64,000 bases of DNA, from the NCBI RefSeq assembly GCF_009914755.1, contig NC_060938.1; one strand, written 5' to 3'. The notes under the pieces are model-generated. The model did not search any database, was not told the DNA's origin, and saw only the letters and a program-made list of their open reading frames with translations. Positions 1 to 14,025 of the stretch are shown piece by piece. The stretch comes from the human T2T-CHM13v2.0 reference genome, Homo sapiens. The stretch's first letter is position 1. Every line of letters starts with the position of its first letter. The position numbers and the translations under genes are program-made.

Positions 1-425
1 CAGAACTAATAGGATATATATATTCTTTGAATGAATATATATATGGGATTTTATTAAGTATTAATTTACAGGATCACAAGGTCCCACAATAGGCTGTCTG
101 CAAGCTGAGGAGCAAGGAGAGCCAGTCACAGTCCTAAAACTGAAGAACTTGGAGTCCGATGTTCGAGGGAAGGAAGCATCCAGCATGAGAGAAAGATGTA
201 GAGTGGCAGAGACTAGGCCTATCTCTCCTTTTCACATTTTTCTGCCTGCTTTATATTCTCTGGAAGCTGATTAGATTGTGCCCACCAGATTAAGGGTGGA
301 TCTGCTTTCCCCAGCCCACCGGCTCAAATTTTAATCTCTTTTGGCAACACGCTCACAGACACACCCAAGATCAATACTTTTATCCTTCAATCCAATCAAG
401 TTGACACTCAGTATTAATCATCACA
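1..425 (-). mobile_element. MLT2A-type (HERV-L) LTR, cut by the window edge
   Basis: Contains the characteristic antisense MLT2A text 'ctgaagaacttggagtccgatgttcgaggg...caatccaatcaagttgacactcagtattaatcatcaca'. Confidence 0.85.
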
Positions 426-513
426 TTATTGTACCTGGGACTCCACAGCAATGCTATGAACTTTCTCAGTGAAAGTATAAAGGTGGCTCAGGATGATGTA
501 TGAACAATTTTTC

Positions 514-830
<317 letters not shown>

Positions 831-1010
831 AACAATTTTTCAATCAGCAAAGGCAAGAGAAGAAGGGTTTCTGTTGTTTGTGGTGATTTTAAACAGCTAC
901 CAAAAGTTTATTTGCAAAGAGGCCTATTGGTTGCTTTTGATTCTGTCTTCATTTATAGATTAGAACATCACTGTTGATGTAGAAGTTGCAGCATTTATGA
1001 CAATGAGGGG

Positions 1011-1692
<682 letters not shown>

Positions 1693-1731
1693 GGGGGGGG
1701 GGTTGGACTGAGGGGTACTGAAGGGTACTGA

Positions 1732-1992
<261 letters not shown>

Positions 1993-2369
1993 TGAATACA
2001 TTCTTTGGTGTGACTTTCCATCAGCTTTAGGATGAGGCCAAATTCCCTTGTGTGGCAGACAACTCTTCTCAAATCCTGACCTCTACTTCCCTGGTCAGTC
2101 TTTAAAAATTTTTTTAAAAAAATAAACATTACGTGTCCTTAGGAGCATCACTGCTGCCCATTGAATGACTTATAGTGCCCCATGAGTGCCATGTGCTGTG
2201 TCCTGTCTTGTCGCGAAGCCTTTGCAGGTTGCTCCCTTTGGTGGAATTCACCTTCCAGGGCAGCCTCTAGTGTGGCACTTGTTATAGTGCATAGGCATCA
2301 TTGCCGTACCTTTCTGTTCTTAGTGCGGGGATTACCTTTCATTTCTGATGGCCCTGCTTCCAACAAGGA

Positions 2370-2436
2370 GGTTGGCACATAGGAAGTCCTTAGTGAAGGC
2401 TTGTTGAATAAATAAATGAATTCTGAATGAATGAAT
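2370..2436 (+). mobile_element. L2 3' terminus
   Basis: 'ggcacatagg...ttgttgaataaataaatgaa...tgaatgaatgaa' is the typical L2 tail. Confidence 0.6.
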
Positions 2437-2799
2437 TCATGTTCTGAAGGGTCAGCCTGGTGCATTGGTAGTGGCAAACCATATAAGAAAACTGTTCCTT
2501 CTTTAAAAAAAAAAGTGGAGGATTCCACCCTCCTTGCCACTCCGGAGCTACAGACCTCTCTGCCTCATGCACTCCAGGCCCTGCTGGGGTTGTCTTTCTT
2601 TTGAGAAATAAGCAAAAGACTTGTCGGAGTTTCCTAGATCTGGAAATCAGGTTGCTTCCTCAGCAGCCATTTCCTATGTCATTTCCAGTCCTACCCAATC
2701 TAGGTCCTGCCAGAGAGATGGGGGTGGGGTGTGTACTACAGACTCTCAGAGCCTTAGGGCTCAACAGAGGCGCTTCCACATCTCCAGTCGCAGCACGGG

Positions 2800-2955
2800 A
2801 ATAGTAGCTGCTATTTATGGAGCCTTTATTCTGGGTCAGGCACTGTGCTAACAGTGTCTCAGGAGTTCTCTCATTTATAGATTATTACAGCTCTGTGAGG
2901 CAGAGGGTTACCTGTGAAGAACCTAGATTCCGGGAATGGTCAGTAACTTGCCAAA
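2800..2955 (-). mobile_element. MIR
   Basis: Antisense MIR core 'caggcactgtgctaa...ctcattta...ctctgtgagg...agtaacttgcc'. Confidence 0.65.
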
Positions 2956-4149
2956 GAGTGGTCATCCCTTCAGCGCCCCCAGCTCAGCCAAGGCAGACAG
3001 TTCCCAGGAAGTCCAGACTCATCTCAAACATGCACCAGTCAGAAGCATAGGGTTAACGAGCGCGGGACACAGCATAGTTTCCCTCCTATGGGCAGGAAGA
3101 CATTCTGTTAGTTTCTCAGTGGGTCCTGGTGGAATTGATTCCTGTTGCCCACAGCAGCGACCCCACACTGCATCGTTATTTATATTAGCTCTGCTTGCTG
3201 ACCTGAATCTCTCTCCCTGCCCTCTCCCTGCTTCCCCCAAAGTCACATCACAAAGGATTTACCTGTCTTAGGCTCTACTTTTGGAGAAATTCAAGCAGAC
3301 AGATACTCAGTGGCATAATTGGTGAAGCTCATACTTGAACTCAGGTGTATCTGAAAAAGGCTTTTTGATTTGCTTTTAGTGAGTGAGACATCCCAGGAGA
3401 AACCCAGGGTCACGAAGAGGAGGTGAAGATGAGGAGGCAGCTGGGGGAGTGGCTGCCCATGGTGGGCTGCCCCACCTGAATATGCTAGTGAGTACCACCA
3501 TGCTTGTGCCCTAGCGAGGCCAGGCAGCTGGGAAGGAAGCAGTGACATTGGGCAGTGGAGGTAGAGTCCTCTTATGGTGCTGCTATATCTAGCTTCAGTG
3601 TGGCAGAACTTTATGACAAATCACATCTTAGGCTTTAGAAACAAAACCAACTCCCTTTATCACCCAAGGGAGTCGGCAAGTATAAAGAAATGCTTTGGAG
3701 AAAAGAAGACCCATATCATTTCTTTTTCTTTCTAAGAGTAAAGTTCAGACTGTACTCTTGTAGCAGTGATCCTTGAGCTGGTGCCTGAATTCCCCTTAGG
3801 AATTATTCCTTACAATTTAACCTCTGATTTCCCTGGGGGAGAATATACTTTAATCTGTTATTAGTCACATTCCGATGTGAATGGGTTTCTGATCCTCTTT
3901 GAAAGCAAGTAGTGATAGGGAGAGACAAGAAGTTGTGGGGTGCCTGAGGTAGGTAGGGAAATGGTTCCTGTCTGAAAAGCAAAGGGAGGAAAGCCAATCT
4001 CTCTTGACCTAGCCCAGCCTGATTGCAGGAGTGCAAGTGTCAGATTAGCAAGGGACTAGGTGTTTCAAAGAGCCCTAGTGACCTCCCTGTTATACTGTGA
4101 GCTTTAACTGTGCAAAAGCCAAGATTCAAGGTATGAAAGGTAGAAAAGA

Positions 4150-4475
4150 ATGTCCTTTGTAGGGACATGGATGAAATTGGAAATCATCATTCTCAGTAAA
4201 CTATCGCAAGAACAAAAAACCAAACACCGCATATTCTCACTCATAGGTGGGAATTGAACAATGAGAACACAAGGACACAGGAAGGGGAACATCACACTCT
4301 GGGGACTGTTGTGGGGTGGGGGGAGCGGGGAGGGATAGCATTGGGAGATATACCTAATGCTAGATGACGAGTTAATGGGTGCAGCACACCAGCATGGCAC
4401 ATGTACACATATGTAACTAACCTGCACATTGTGCACATGTACCCTAAAACTTAAAGTACAATTTAAAAAAAAAAG
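4150..4475 (+). mobile_element. L1PA2/PA3-like 3' end (5'-truncated young L1)
   Basis: ORF2 end plus 3'UTR with G-rich tract and A tail. Reads 'ctagatgacGAGtta', i.e. GAG rather than the L1HS ACA/ACG diagnostic. Short aaaagaa duplication at the flanks. Confidence 0.9.
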
Positions 4476-5022
4476 AAATATGCATACATGGGGCAGAGAA
4501 ATGTCTATCAGAGACTGTTGGGCAACAGCAGAGACTTGTTTGTTTTGTTATCAAAGATTCTCCTAAAATGCACATGTTTTTCGGGGGGGCGGTGAGGGAA
4601 GAGCATTGTTTTCAGCTGTATCAGTTCACACCCTATCAGGAAGAAGTGGGCCCAGCGTCTTGTCAGAGTGGGAGAGAAGCCAGGCTCCATGGAGACTGGG
4701 GAGGAAGGTGTGCAGGGGGCACTGCTGCAGAGCACTGAAAGGGCAGGTGCTTTTCAGCATCTCAGCTATACTTTCCTGACTTGCAAGTTTTCCTTGGCAC
4801 AGCCAGGAATCTGGAGTTGGCATCCTCTATGGCTAGAATGTTAACACAGATGATGGCATCAACCGTTAGAAAGCTAAGCTTTCTGGGCCAGTGGAATGGC
4901 TGAAGAACTGTGTCACAAGGAGGAGAATCTCTTCTGATGCCCCCAGAAGAGGCTTATTTCCCAGGAGTTTTCCCATGAGTTCGTTTCCAAGGCCAAACAT
5001 CCTTTCTCCACAGATCTTTTTG

Positions 5023-5087
5023 ATCACCATGGAGACAATCTGCTGCTCTGTCCAATGGAGAGTTTGAGCGGCAGTCACCATGACAAC
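5023..5087. promoter_or_regulatory. Candidate RFX X-box pair flanking a CCAAT box
   Basis: ATCACCATGGAGAC (5023-5036) and GTCACCATGACAAC (5074-5087) resemble the X-box GTTGCCATGGCAAC. CCAAT at 5052-5056 and a GC box GGGCGGGG at about 5397-5404, all in non-repetitive sequence. Confidence 0.4.
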
Positions 5088-6104
5088 CTGCGGGGGTAGA
5101 AGGACAGCTCAAAGCACCCCTCAGATGAGAGCCAGGACAGGGACCGGAAGACATTGTGGTTCTCACAAGTGCAGCAGATGAAGGGGGACTCCCTTCCTCT
5201 GTCTGAGCAGTGAGCTAGAGATGGGTGTGAGGGGTGGGGCCCAGGGCTGGTGAGGTCAAGGTCTTGGGCTGCTGAAGGAAATTGGCTTTGTTCTTTTCTG
5301 ACTTCATGTTTTGGTTGTCCCTGGCCAGTCCAGCTGGTAGATGTCTGGATACATGGCAAAACCAGAGCACAGCAAATCCATCTAGTCCTGGATAGAGGGC
5401 GGGGCAGGGAGGAGGAAGCAGCATCCCCCTGAAAGATGACCCAAGTGCCTTTCACAGGAGTTAGCCCACCTCTCCCAGGATGGTGGAGGCAAGAGCTTGC
5501 CGAAAAGTTGAAGCGGAAGAAAGCCCTGACCCCTGTGATGGCGCGTCCTGGCTAATCTAATCAGTAGATTTTGTGGTGTGAGGCCAGAGGCCTGCTACAC
5601 CATCCCTGACCCCCGTGTTTGCTGACTCCTACTGGAGCCTGCCTGACACGGGTGGATCTGGGGACCTCTGTGTTCAGCCCATAGCTGGTTTCCTGCAGAG
5701 CTGGGCCAGGAGGCTTGCCCATCTCCTTCCTTCCTCCTGGGCTCTCTCATCCATCTGCTGACCTGGGCTTCCTGGCTCCCTGTCCAGTGCTCTTACTCCC
5801 ACTATTCCATGGTTGCATTATTCAGAGAAACAGCTTGTGCCTTCACTGTAGTCTTCATCCAGGAGGACCAGGAAGGAACAGAGCAGCACTGACATCTGCC
5901 AGTCCCTGGGGTCAAGTGGCTTAAAAAAGGCACAGATGTGACCTAAATCCTGATCGCTGTGCTGGGGGCTCTCCTTGTGAAGACCGCATCTTAGGGGACA
6001 GCCAGCCATCTGTAAGTGCATCCCTCAGAGCCAAACTGATATCCAAATTTTGATAATAGACACAAGTTATATGACTCCAATTCTGGAGGGTCAACTTCTT
6101 TGTG

Positions 6105-6212
6105 ATCCAGTTTTCTCACGTGTAAAGTGGGAGTACACTTGTAGGGGTGTTGAGAGAAGGAAATGAATTAACATCTGGGCCTGGATTATGATTTATATTA
6201 GCTGTTATTATG
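6105..6212 (+). mobile_element. MIR fragment
   Basis: 'cagttttctcacgtgtaaagtggg...gttgagagaaggaaatga...ttagctgttatta'. Confidence 0.55.
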
Positions 6213-7039
6213 ATATCTTAATACCAAGTCTTCATACCGAGCATGGGGACACACCCTACTGATCAGTTATTCTCTGTGACGCCCCAACCTCCACCCAGCA
6301 GGGGATTTGTTTGTGCCCATCAACTCCGCGGCTGAAGAGCAGCATCTGCTTTGCATTGTGTGCACCAATTCTCTGGGGAGTGAAGGTGTCTCTTCACCCA
6401 ATCCCAAAATGGAGCCTCTTACTGCTTGCCATAAGCCCTGTGTGTTGTCATGCAACCAAAGGGTCTGTTCTGTGTTCAGACGTCTGGTCTGGCCCCTGCT
6501 GGCTTTGTCTCCTTGCCCATCACCTCTCCTAAAACAAGTACCTGCCTCCATTCCCTCTGGTGTTTGGCCATCCCTGTTAGTCTGCATCCACTGAATATTG
6601 TGCAGACTGCGGTTCTTCTGAACTGTTCACTAGGAGTTCCTTAAACAAATCGCCAAGAGTGTGTCTTCAGAAGCTCCTCCATCCTGGGTCAGCACCCTTT
6701 GGCTGCATCCCATCACTGTATTCTTGTGATGTCTTTCTTCCCTCCCCATGTCAAAAATTACTCTCAGGAAGGTTCCGCAAACTCATTTATTCTGATGGGT
6801 AAGTGGCTATTAGGGCCTAGTCTTACTGAGGGTTAGAAGACTGCCAGGTAGCCCTCCTTAATGCTGTGGACTAATGGCCTCTTCATATATACAACAGCGT
6901 TCCCTGAGGATGTGCTGCCGTGGATGCTGCTGTGAGTATCACTATTGCCATTGTTATGGTAACCACTTACAAGCACCTGCTATGTGCCAGGTAAGATATT
7001 TGGCCATCGTAGTGTATAAGTGGTCAAGAGCACATGGCT

Positions 7040-7555
7040 TACTGATTCTGAACCTCATTTATTATACCAAAAGTTCCAGAAGGAACAAAGATTTAAATGC
7101 AATGGAGCTTGTGCCAAGACTTATGGACAAGGATACACTTTAGAGCCCCAATATAATAGCAAAAGACAGGAAACCACTGAAGGCTCGTCGACAGAAGTTG
7201 ATTAAATAAGTTATAGCATATCCATTTGTAGAATACTCTGCATTAGTTAAAAAGAATGAGGCTAGGTCTGTAGCCATTGATAATGAAACAATCTCCAAGA
7301 TATAAGTAAAGTGAAAACAAAGCAAGTTGTAGAAGAATATCTAGCATATGCTACTGTGTGAAAGCAAACAGAAGAGTATATGTATAGACTAATTTTAGAA
7401 AGAAAAAGGGAGTTGACAACAGTGATTGCTTTTGGGAGATGTGTTGATGATCTGGGTAGCAGGGACACTTACTTTTTATGTTTCAAGGGAGTTAGGTCCT
7501 TTTTATTCCTTACCATATGCAGGTATTATTTTTGAATTTAAAAAGTTTAAGAAAT
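7040..7555 (+). mobile_element. Old L1 (L1ME-like) 3' region
   Basis: 'ataatagcaaaagacaggaaacc...gattaaataagttatagcatatccat...aaaaagaatgagg' matches decayed L1M ORF2 end and 3'UTR. Confidence 0.65.
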
Positions 7556-7560
7556 AAATG

Positions 7561-7765
7561 CTGTGGAGTCAGACTTGGATGTAAATCCAATTGCTATCAA
7601 TTTCTAGCCATGTGGCCTTGACTAAGTTACTTACCCTCTTCTAGTCCTGGTCTTCTAGCTGCCAGAGGGGGACACTCTGTAGCTTGTGGTGAGGGTTAAG
7701 CGAGATAGTGCCTGTGAAGTTCTCAGCACAGTGTCTGGCACAAAAGCAAACCCTCAATTGTTAGA
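7561..7765 (+). mobile_element. MIR
   Basis: 'ggagtcagac...tgtggccttgactaagttactta...gtgagggttaagcgagata...cagcacagtgtctggcaca'. Confidence 0.75.
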
Positions 7766-7769
7766 TGCT

Positions 7770-8100
7770 TGCTCTGAACTGTTTATGTCCCTCCAAAATT
7801 CATATATTGATGTCCTAATCACCAATGTGATGGTAGTTGGAGGTGGGGTGTCTTTGGAAGGTAAATAGGTTTAGATGAGTTCATGAGGGTGGAGCACGCA
7901 TGATGGGTAACCCTTATAAGGAGATGAAGGGACCAGAGCTCTCTCTACCTTGTGAAGACACAACAAGGAGACAACTGTCTGTTCACCAGGAAGAGGGATC
8001 TCACCAAGAACCCAAGACTGCCAGCCTCTAGAAGTGTGAGAAATAAATGTTTGTTGTTTAAACCACCCAATTGTTATAACAGCCCAAACTGACTAAGACA
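7770..8100 (+). mobile_element. MLT1A-type MaLR LTR
   Basis: TG...CA termini: 'tgctctgaactgtttatgtccctccaaaattcatat' to 'cagcccaaactgactaagaca'. Confidence 0.8.
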
Positions 8101-8239
8101 GTGCTTTACGTAAGTATCTCTAATTAGCATTCTGGATGTAGTACTATTCAGTTAAGCTATGTTCTGTGCATTAGGCACCTAGCAAAATCTGATGATGTGC
8201 AAGCAATGGAAGAGTCACACAGTGGAGAACCAACTGCAA

Positions 8240-8430
8240 CAATCCCAGGAGCAAAGTGCTATGGGACCACAGAAGAAAGTAGGTTTCAATTTGCTGGAGG
8301 GGTATTGATGGGTATAGGGTAGGGATCCAGGAAGCGTTCACCAAAGAGGCAGCAGTGGAGATCTGGGTTTCACAGGATGAGAAGAAGCAGTTCCAGCAGA
8401 GACACCACATGAGAAAAGGCACAGGGTGGG
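8240..8430 (-). mobile_element. L2 fragment
   Basis: 'gtgctatgggaccacagaag...caggaagcgttcaccaaagagg...aggatgagaag...aaaggcacag'. Confidence 0.55.
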
Positions 8431-10514
8431 CGGGGGGCTTGGGGCTTAGAGCCCTATATCTCCGCTATGGGGCTGGAGAGCAGAATGTGAGGAGAGATGG
8501 GCAGGGCCCTCAGGTGGAGACAATGGGCATCAGTTCCCCTCACAGCAGTGCCTTGTCCACTCCTTTCCTGTGGTCACCTCCTTGAGATCCTAACCAGTTT
8601 TGCAATGCCGCAGAACTGGGGCAAAATTATGGTAGCCTTTTTGCAAAAATGTCCTAGGGACTTCTATCCACAGCCCTCGTGTCATGTTAGCTGGGGAAGT
8701 AGCAGCAACATGTGTTCTTTAGGGCAGGAGTGATTCTATCCTATATGCTTCCAATACTGCAGTCAGTTACCTCGAGACACTACTCCCCCGAAAGAGTCAT
8801 ACAAAGGATTTGTATGCATGTACTGTTTTCTCTACCAATTATATATCTGTCTATAAAATATAGATATGTTTTTCTGTCTAAGCAGGGAAGGATCGATGCA
8901 GGGAACTGTGATTAAACTAGACATCTCTGACAGGAAGAAGAGCTGGAAGGACTGACAGGCTCCGGTGGCCACCCTACAACCAGAAGACAGACACCTGACA
9001 ATGTATTGTCAGATGATGGATTAGCCAAGCCTGGGGAAGAGAGCTGAGTGTACAGCTTCCCTCCCAGTCTCCTGGGTGACAAAACCGCTGGATGACCCCG
9101 CCAACAATAATGAGATGAAAATGAAGAACACTGCAGTATAATGAGCATGATAAAATAGAGATGTTGCTAAATAATGGGTCGGCCATGGCTGAGGAGCAGG
9201 AGAAAGAGCCAAGCCCAAAGGAGGTGGATAAGGCCTTCCTGTGTGGTCTCCAAGCCTGACCCCCTGATGTGTTGCTGTTGCTCAACCAGGCCATAGATGG
9301 TTTTGAGTCCCTAGGGTGGCAAAGATGTCAGAGAGGGACTAGAGGGTGGGCCTAAGTGAAAATCCCCAGCAGGCTCTATCCTGGTCACTGTGGCTCTGAC
9401 CTCCACCAGGGGAGGGACAAAAGTGTGGTAAGCACACATGCTGATGGTGGTTATGAATTACTGCCTTTAGTAGGAACCTGTTGCCTGCCAATGAGTATCA
9501 GCAAATGGTCTGAGTTAACGCATCAAAGTTTTTCAGAACATTGCACCTCTCATCTACATAGTGCAGAGTGGAAGAAGCCTGTTAATTATGCTTTTGTTTG
9601 TATTTTTGTTTAGTTGGTAGCTTGGAGTATCTGCCAGCAGAGGCAGCTGCCCCTAGGGAGGGAGGTACCTGGGTGCTACAGGGATGGCTGCCTGTAAAGA
9701 TTTCTGGCACCAAGCCTCTCTGCAGTTTTTGTTTTTTATTTTTTAAATAATTAAATTAAGACTTATTTTTGAATAAGTAATATCTACATAGAGTACAAAA
9801 TTTAAAAGGAACAAAAGGGGTGCAGGAAACATACATATCCCTTCTTCTCCCCCTATTCCCAGCCACCCATTTTCCTTCCCTCGAGGCAACCACTGTTACC
9901 AGTTTCTTCTGCAGTTTTCCAGAGATATTCTAAGCATAAATAAGTGCATGTACCTCAACCTGCAAGCATACTTACCAGTTTTTTTTTTTAAAAAAACACA
10001 AATGTTAACGTACTGTATCAACAAGAGTCCTGACAGAAAACAGATGGCACACATAAAGTGAGTCATTTCAGTAGAGTTTAATAAATGGACTGTTTACCAA
10101 GGTGTAGGAAAAGCCCAAAGCCAGCAACAGTTGAGTGAGAGGGCACAGTGACATAGTGTGAGCAACACTGCCAGTTGAGGAGCATTCCAGGGAGGTGTGG
10201 GGGCATAATCACCTGTCCTTCCTCTCCTCCCTCTGACCTTTTGCTGCAGCACCTCATGGGCTGCACTCAACCTAAGCCAGAGAACAAGAGTCTATTGATG
10301 CAGTTTAAAGAGGTCACTCTGGGGCACGGAACAGGTGGGGAAGGGCCAAGAGTGGATAAGGAGGGCAAATGTGGGCACTCAGCTCATGCACTCAGCTCCT
10401 CATCCTGTTCTTTGCTGTTTTCCACTTCACAGTCTATCTGTACATAGAGCCTCATTCTTTCTGCTAGCTTATTCTATTGCATTTCTGTTGTGGAATACCA
10501 TGCCACATGCAAGA

Positions 10515-10845
10515 GACTGAATTGTGACCCCCACCCCAATTATATGTTGAAGTCCTAACACCCAATGTTAACTGTATGTAGAGTGAAGAAGTCATTAAAG
10601 TTAAATGAGGCCATAAGGGTGATGCCTAGAATAAGGCTTATTAAGAGGAGACACCAGAGCTCTCTATCTGTCATGTGAGGACGCAGCCAGAAGATGGCAG
10701 TCTGCAAGCCAGGAACTCATCAGAAAACCCAGCAGCAGGAACCCTGATCTTGAACTTCCCAGTCTCCAGAACTGGGAGAAAGAAATGTCTGCTCTTTAAC
10801 CCACCCAGTTCATGGTATTTTGTTATGGCAGCCTGAGCTAAGACA
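10515..10845 (+). mobile_element. MLT1A/B MaLR LTR
   Basis: 'gactgaattgtgacccc...tatgttgaagtcctaac...atggtattttgttatggcagcctgagctaagaca'. Confidence 0.8.

Positions 10846-10846
<1 letters not shown>

Positions 10847-10890
<44 letters not shown>
10847..10890 (+). repeat. (CA)22 microsatellite
   Basis: Perfect 44-bp CA run directly after the LTR end. Confidence 0.98.
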
Positions 10891-10893
<3 letters not shown>

Positions 10894-12702
10894 ACGTAAT
10901 ATATCACAAAAATAATAATATATACAACCATATATTCAACTAGTCCCTCACTGATGGTCTTTTAAGATAGTTTCCAATTTTCTGCTATTACAAACAATGC
11001 TGCAAGGCAAATCCTTTTACTGCCATTTCACTGGTAAGGATACATACAGAATAAATTCCATAGGAATTTATTTATAGGAAGGGATTGTTGTATCAAAGAA
11101 TGTATGCTTTAAAAATGTTGATAGATTCAGCTGCAGCACCCTGCATAGAATTTGCACCAATTTGCATGCACATTAGCAATGTATAAGGTTCCCATGCAGT
11201 TTTTAAACATCTGGGTTTCGAAGACGTGAATAAACTTATTACAGCATCTTTCCAGCAGTGCCTGTCACCTTACAAGACATAAACTTTTCTTGTTTTTGAA
11301 ATTATGAGAATACATAATTCTCCTCTTGTTTTCTGTCCTGTCTTTCAGCTTTTTTCAGCAGGGATAAAATTCCTCCACTCCTGAATGAAATTCTTATGGT
11401 TTTTCTTTGGGCACAGTTCTGACTCATTTTAAGTCATAAATTAACTGCCTCAGTTTAGATGTTAAGTATCCAGTTTTTCTTTCTGGGCATGAACAAGCCA
11501 ATTATATATGAAAACATACCTTAGAGACAGTTAGGAAACCCACATATGTACAGGTACCAGGACATGCCAAGGAATCATCATTAATCCCACAACATTGCTG
11601 TGGCACGCAGGAAAACATCCTTATTCTATGAAGAGGCAGTCTGAAGTATCCAGAAATGTGAAACACACGTCTTCAATCTACCACAACACTTCAGCAAAAA
11701 CAAGATGAAGCAAATATGCAAAACAGTAACAATCATTACATCTAGGTGATGGACACCTTCCTTTATGTTCAACAACTCTCATAATAAAAAACTTAGAAGA
11801 GATGTCTAGCCAAGACAATAATCAATACTTCACACTTCATCCATAGGTAAGACTCCTCCCTCTCCTCCCCCTGCTGCTCCCCAGCCAGGGCCAGCAGTGA
11901 GAGAGTCTGTGATCTAGGAAGGAGGTTGCAGTGGCTTCTGCTCCTTCTTCATTCAACTCCTCTCCTACCAGGGTTGAAGAGAGATAGTCAAAGGACAGGA
12001 TGGTACTTACGTGGCTTGCTCTTTGACCTGGCCGATGTCTAAAACAGACTCTTGTAACCCTTGGGTTCGGCAGAGCCCAACACGATCTGTGATGTGGGCA
12101 ATGGATTCTGTTTCTCCAGCTGCCACCCCCCCACTCCACCACCAGCCCTGATCTGGTGGTCCACAATACACCAACAAATTTTACTCTTCATGTGATCTTC
12201 TTGGGAAGAACTTAAAAGAGCTCCAGCCTGGTTTTCCCTATGCTGAGTGGCAAATATTTGTTCTATGGAAAACCTTCAACCCTCCAACAAATCCTGGAAA
12301 TGCAGGTCATCTGTCTTTTGGTCACAAGCAACTTCAGCTTTCTCAGGCCTGAGTTAGGCAGGAATCTAAGATCTCCCCTCCCCAGCTGCAGAGAACACAC
12401 ACCAAGCTTTCTCAATGTGCCCCGGAAGCTCCCTCTCAATAGGTTTATGTTGGAAAGTAGCTTCTTATTCTCTTCCCAGAGGTGAGGGAGTGAGAAATTA
12501 TCAGTGTTCTCCAAAGAAATCTCATAAATTTTCCCAATATATCTCTTGCATAATACATTTCCCCCACCATGCTATTGAATATATCTTAGTATTATTAAAC
12601 ATTTACTTTCATTTCACACATTAAGAGTTTTATCAATATTTATACAAGATGTGTTACATTTAATTCCATTTGTTTAAAATTGTGCTAGAAGAATGTTGTT
12701 TT

Positions 12703-13187
12703 ATTAGTTATCTATTGTTATAATGGCTTAAGATAATGTTTATTATCTCATACAATTTCTGAAGGTCAGGAATCCAGAATTGGTTTAGCTGGGTGGTTCT
12801 AGCTCAGGGTCTCCTGTGAGGTTGCAGTCAAGAAGATGGCCAGGGCTGCAGCACCTGAAGTCTTGATCGGCTGGAGGAGCTACTTCCAAGAGGGGTCACT
12901 TACGTGGCTGTGCCTCAGTTTCTCTCTGGCTGTTATCAGGAGACCTCAGATTCTCACCAAGTAAGCTTCTCCATAAGGCTGCCCAAGACACAGCAACTTA
13001 CTCTCTTCAAGAGAGCAAGAAAGAAGCCATGATGTCTTTTATGACTTAGCCTCGGAAGTGACATGCCATCACACCTGCCATATGCTATTGGTTGCACAGA
13101 TTAATCATGGTACAATGTGGGGGAGAAGAGGGTGTGAATACCAAGAGACAGGGACCACTAGGACCGTCTTGGAGCTAGCCACCACAC
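12703..13187 (-). mobile_element. MLT1 (MLT1H/F-like) MaLR LTR
   Basis: 'tattagttatctattg...tttagctgggtggttctagctcagggtctc...gaggttgcagtcaag...gctagccaccaca'. Confidence 0.75.
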
Positions 13188-13336
13188 CTATTGATGTCAT
13201 CCTGCATGTCCTCTCAGCTGTCAGTATAAACTATGCTTCATGGACTCGTGCTCCACAGAGTTGTATTCCATGGGAGAGAATCCCTCTGTGGTCTTAAGTG
13301 TGGCACTTTGTATAGCGCCCCCATGACATAAGTAAC

Positions 13337-14025
13337 TGTATCTCAGAAACAGACTCCATCTTACATTTCAAAAGGCCCCTTGCCAAAAGAGAACAGATAT
13401 TTTGCCTAATCAATAAAGACTACATCCAACCAGATAAGGACATAACCAAGCACACTTTTCCACTATCAGTTCTCACCAGAGGACTCTGGGGTGGCCATTA
13501 AAAGAGCAGGACCTCAGCAGCTTGAAAAGTCCACCTTAACAGACACCATCTTGCTATCACTCGTGATATGCATCTGGCATCTGCAACCCAAAGCTCTGCC
13601 CATATCAAAGACTCTTCCTTGCAAGACCGACAGCCACCACAGGCCAGACCAGAAGATTATTTTTGTCTATGTTGGTCGCCCTGGACTGGTTCATTAATGT
13701 TTTTACTATCCCTTCTCTCTTGATGATAAATGTTACTTTGTTTGTGGTGGAATATTTAATTTATAACATTTACATATTGATCAAGTATACTACTATGTAT
13801 GGTTTGCAATAATGATTGATTTCCTGCCCACAGGCTTGGGCCTATGTGCCCGTGGCTCTGACAACTGAGTGAATGAGAAGTACTAAGGAGAACTGCCTTC
13901 TTGCTGAACTCCATGTAGCTCGTGTCTTTTATGTTTGAGACAGCTTCAGTAAAAGTCTGACATTGTGGAAAGACACAAATGTGCATGAACCTGGTTATCT
14001 CTAACCTTGGGCATCTCATGGGACA
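13337..14025 (+). mobile_element. Solo ERV LTR, subfamily unresolved
   Basis: LTR-like 'agactccatctt' near the start, a poly(A)-like 'agtaaa' and a 3' end 'acattgtggaaagacacaaa...cctggttatctct...gaca'. Left boundary is uncertain. Confidence 0.6.

Larger units (their letters stand above)
9745..11200 (-). mobile_element. Old L1M fragments (about 9745-10015 and 10920-11200) interrupted by MaLR LTRs
   Basis: 'gaggcaaccactgttaccagtttctt' and 'tttccaattttctgctattacaaacaatgctgca' are antisense L1M 3' motifs. Confidence 0.6.

Noticed and set aside
4866-5087. Minus-strand 71-aa ORF (MVTAAQTLHW...) behind an acceptor-like ccttctacccccgcAG
   Set aside because: No recognisable protein similarity and no partner exons found. 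The RFX-motif reading explains the sequence at least as well. A lncRNA exon cannot be excluded.
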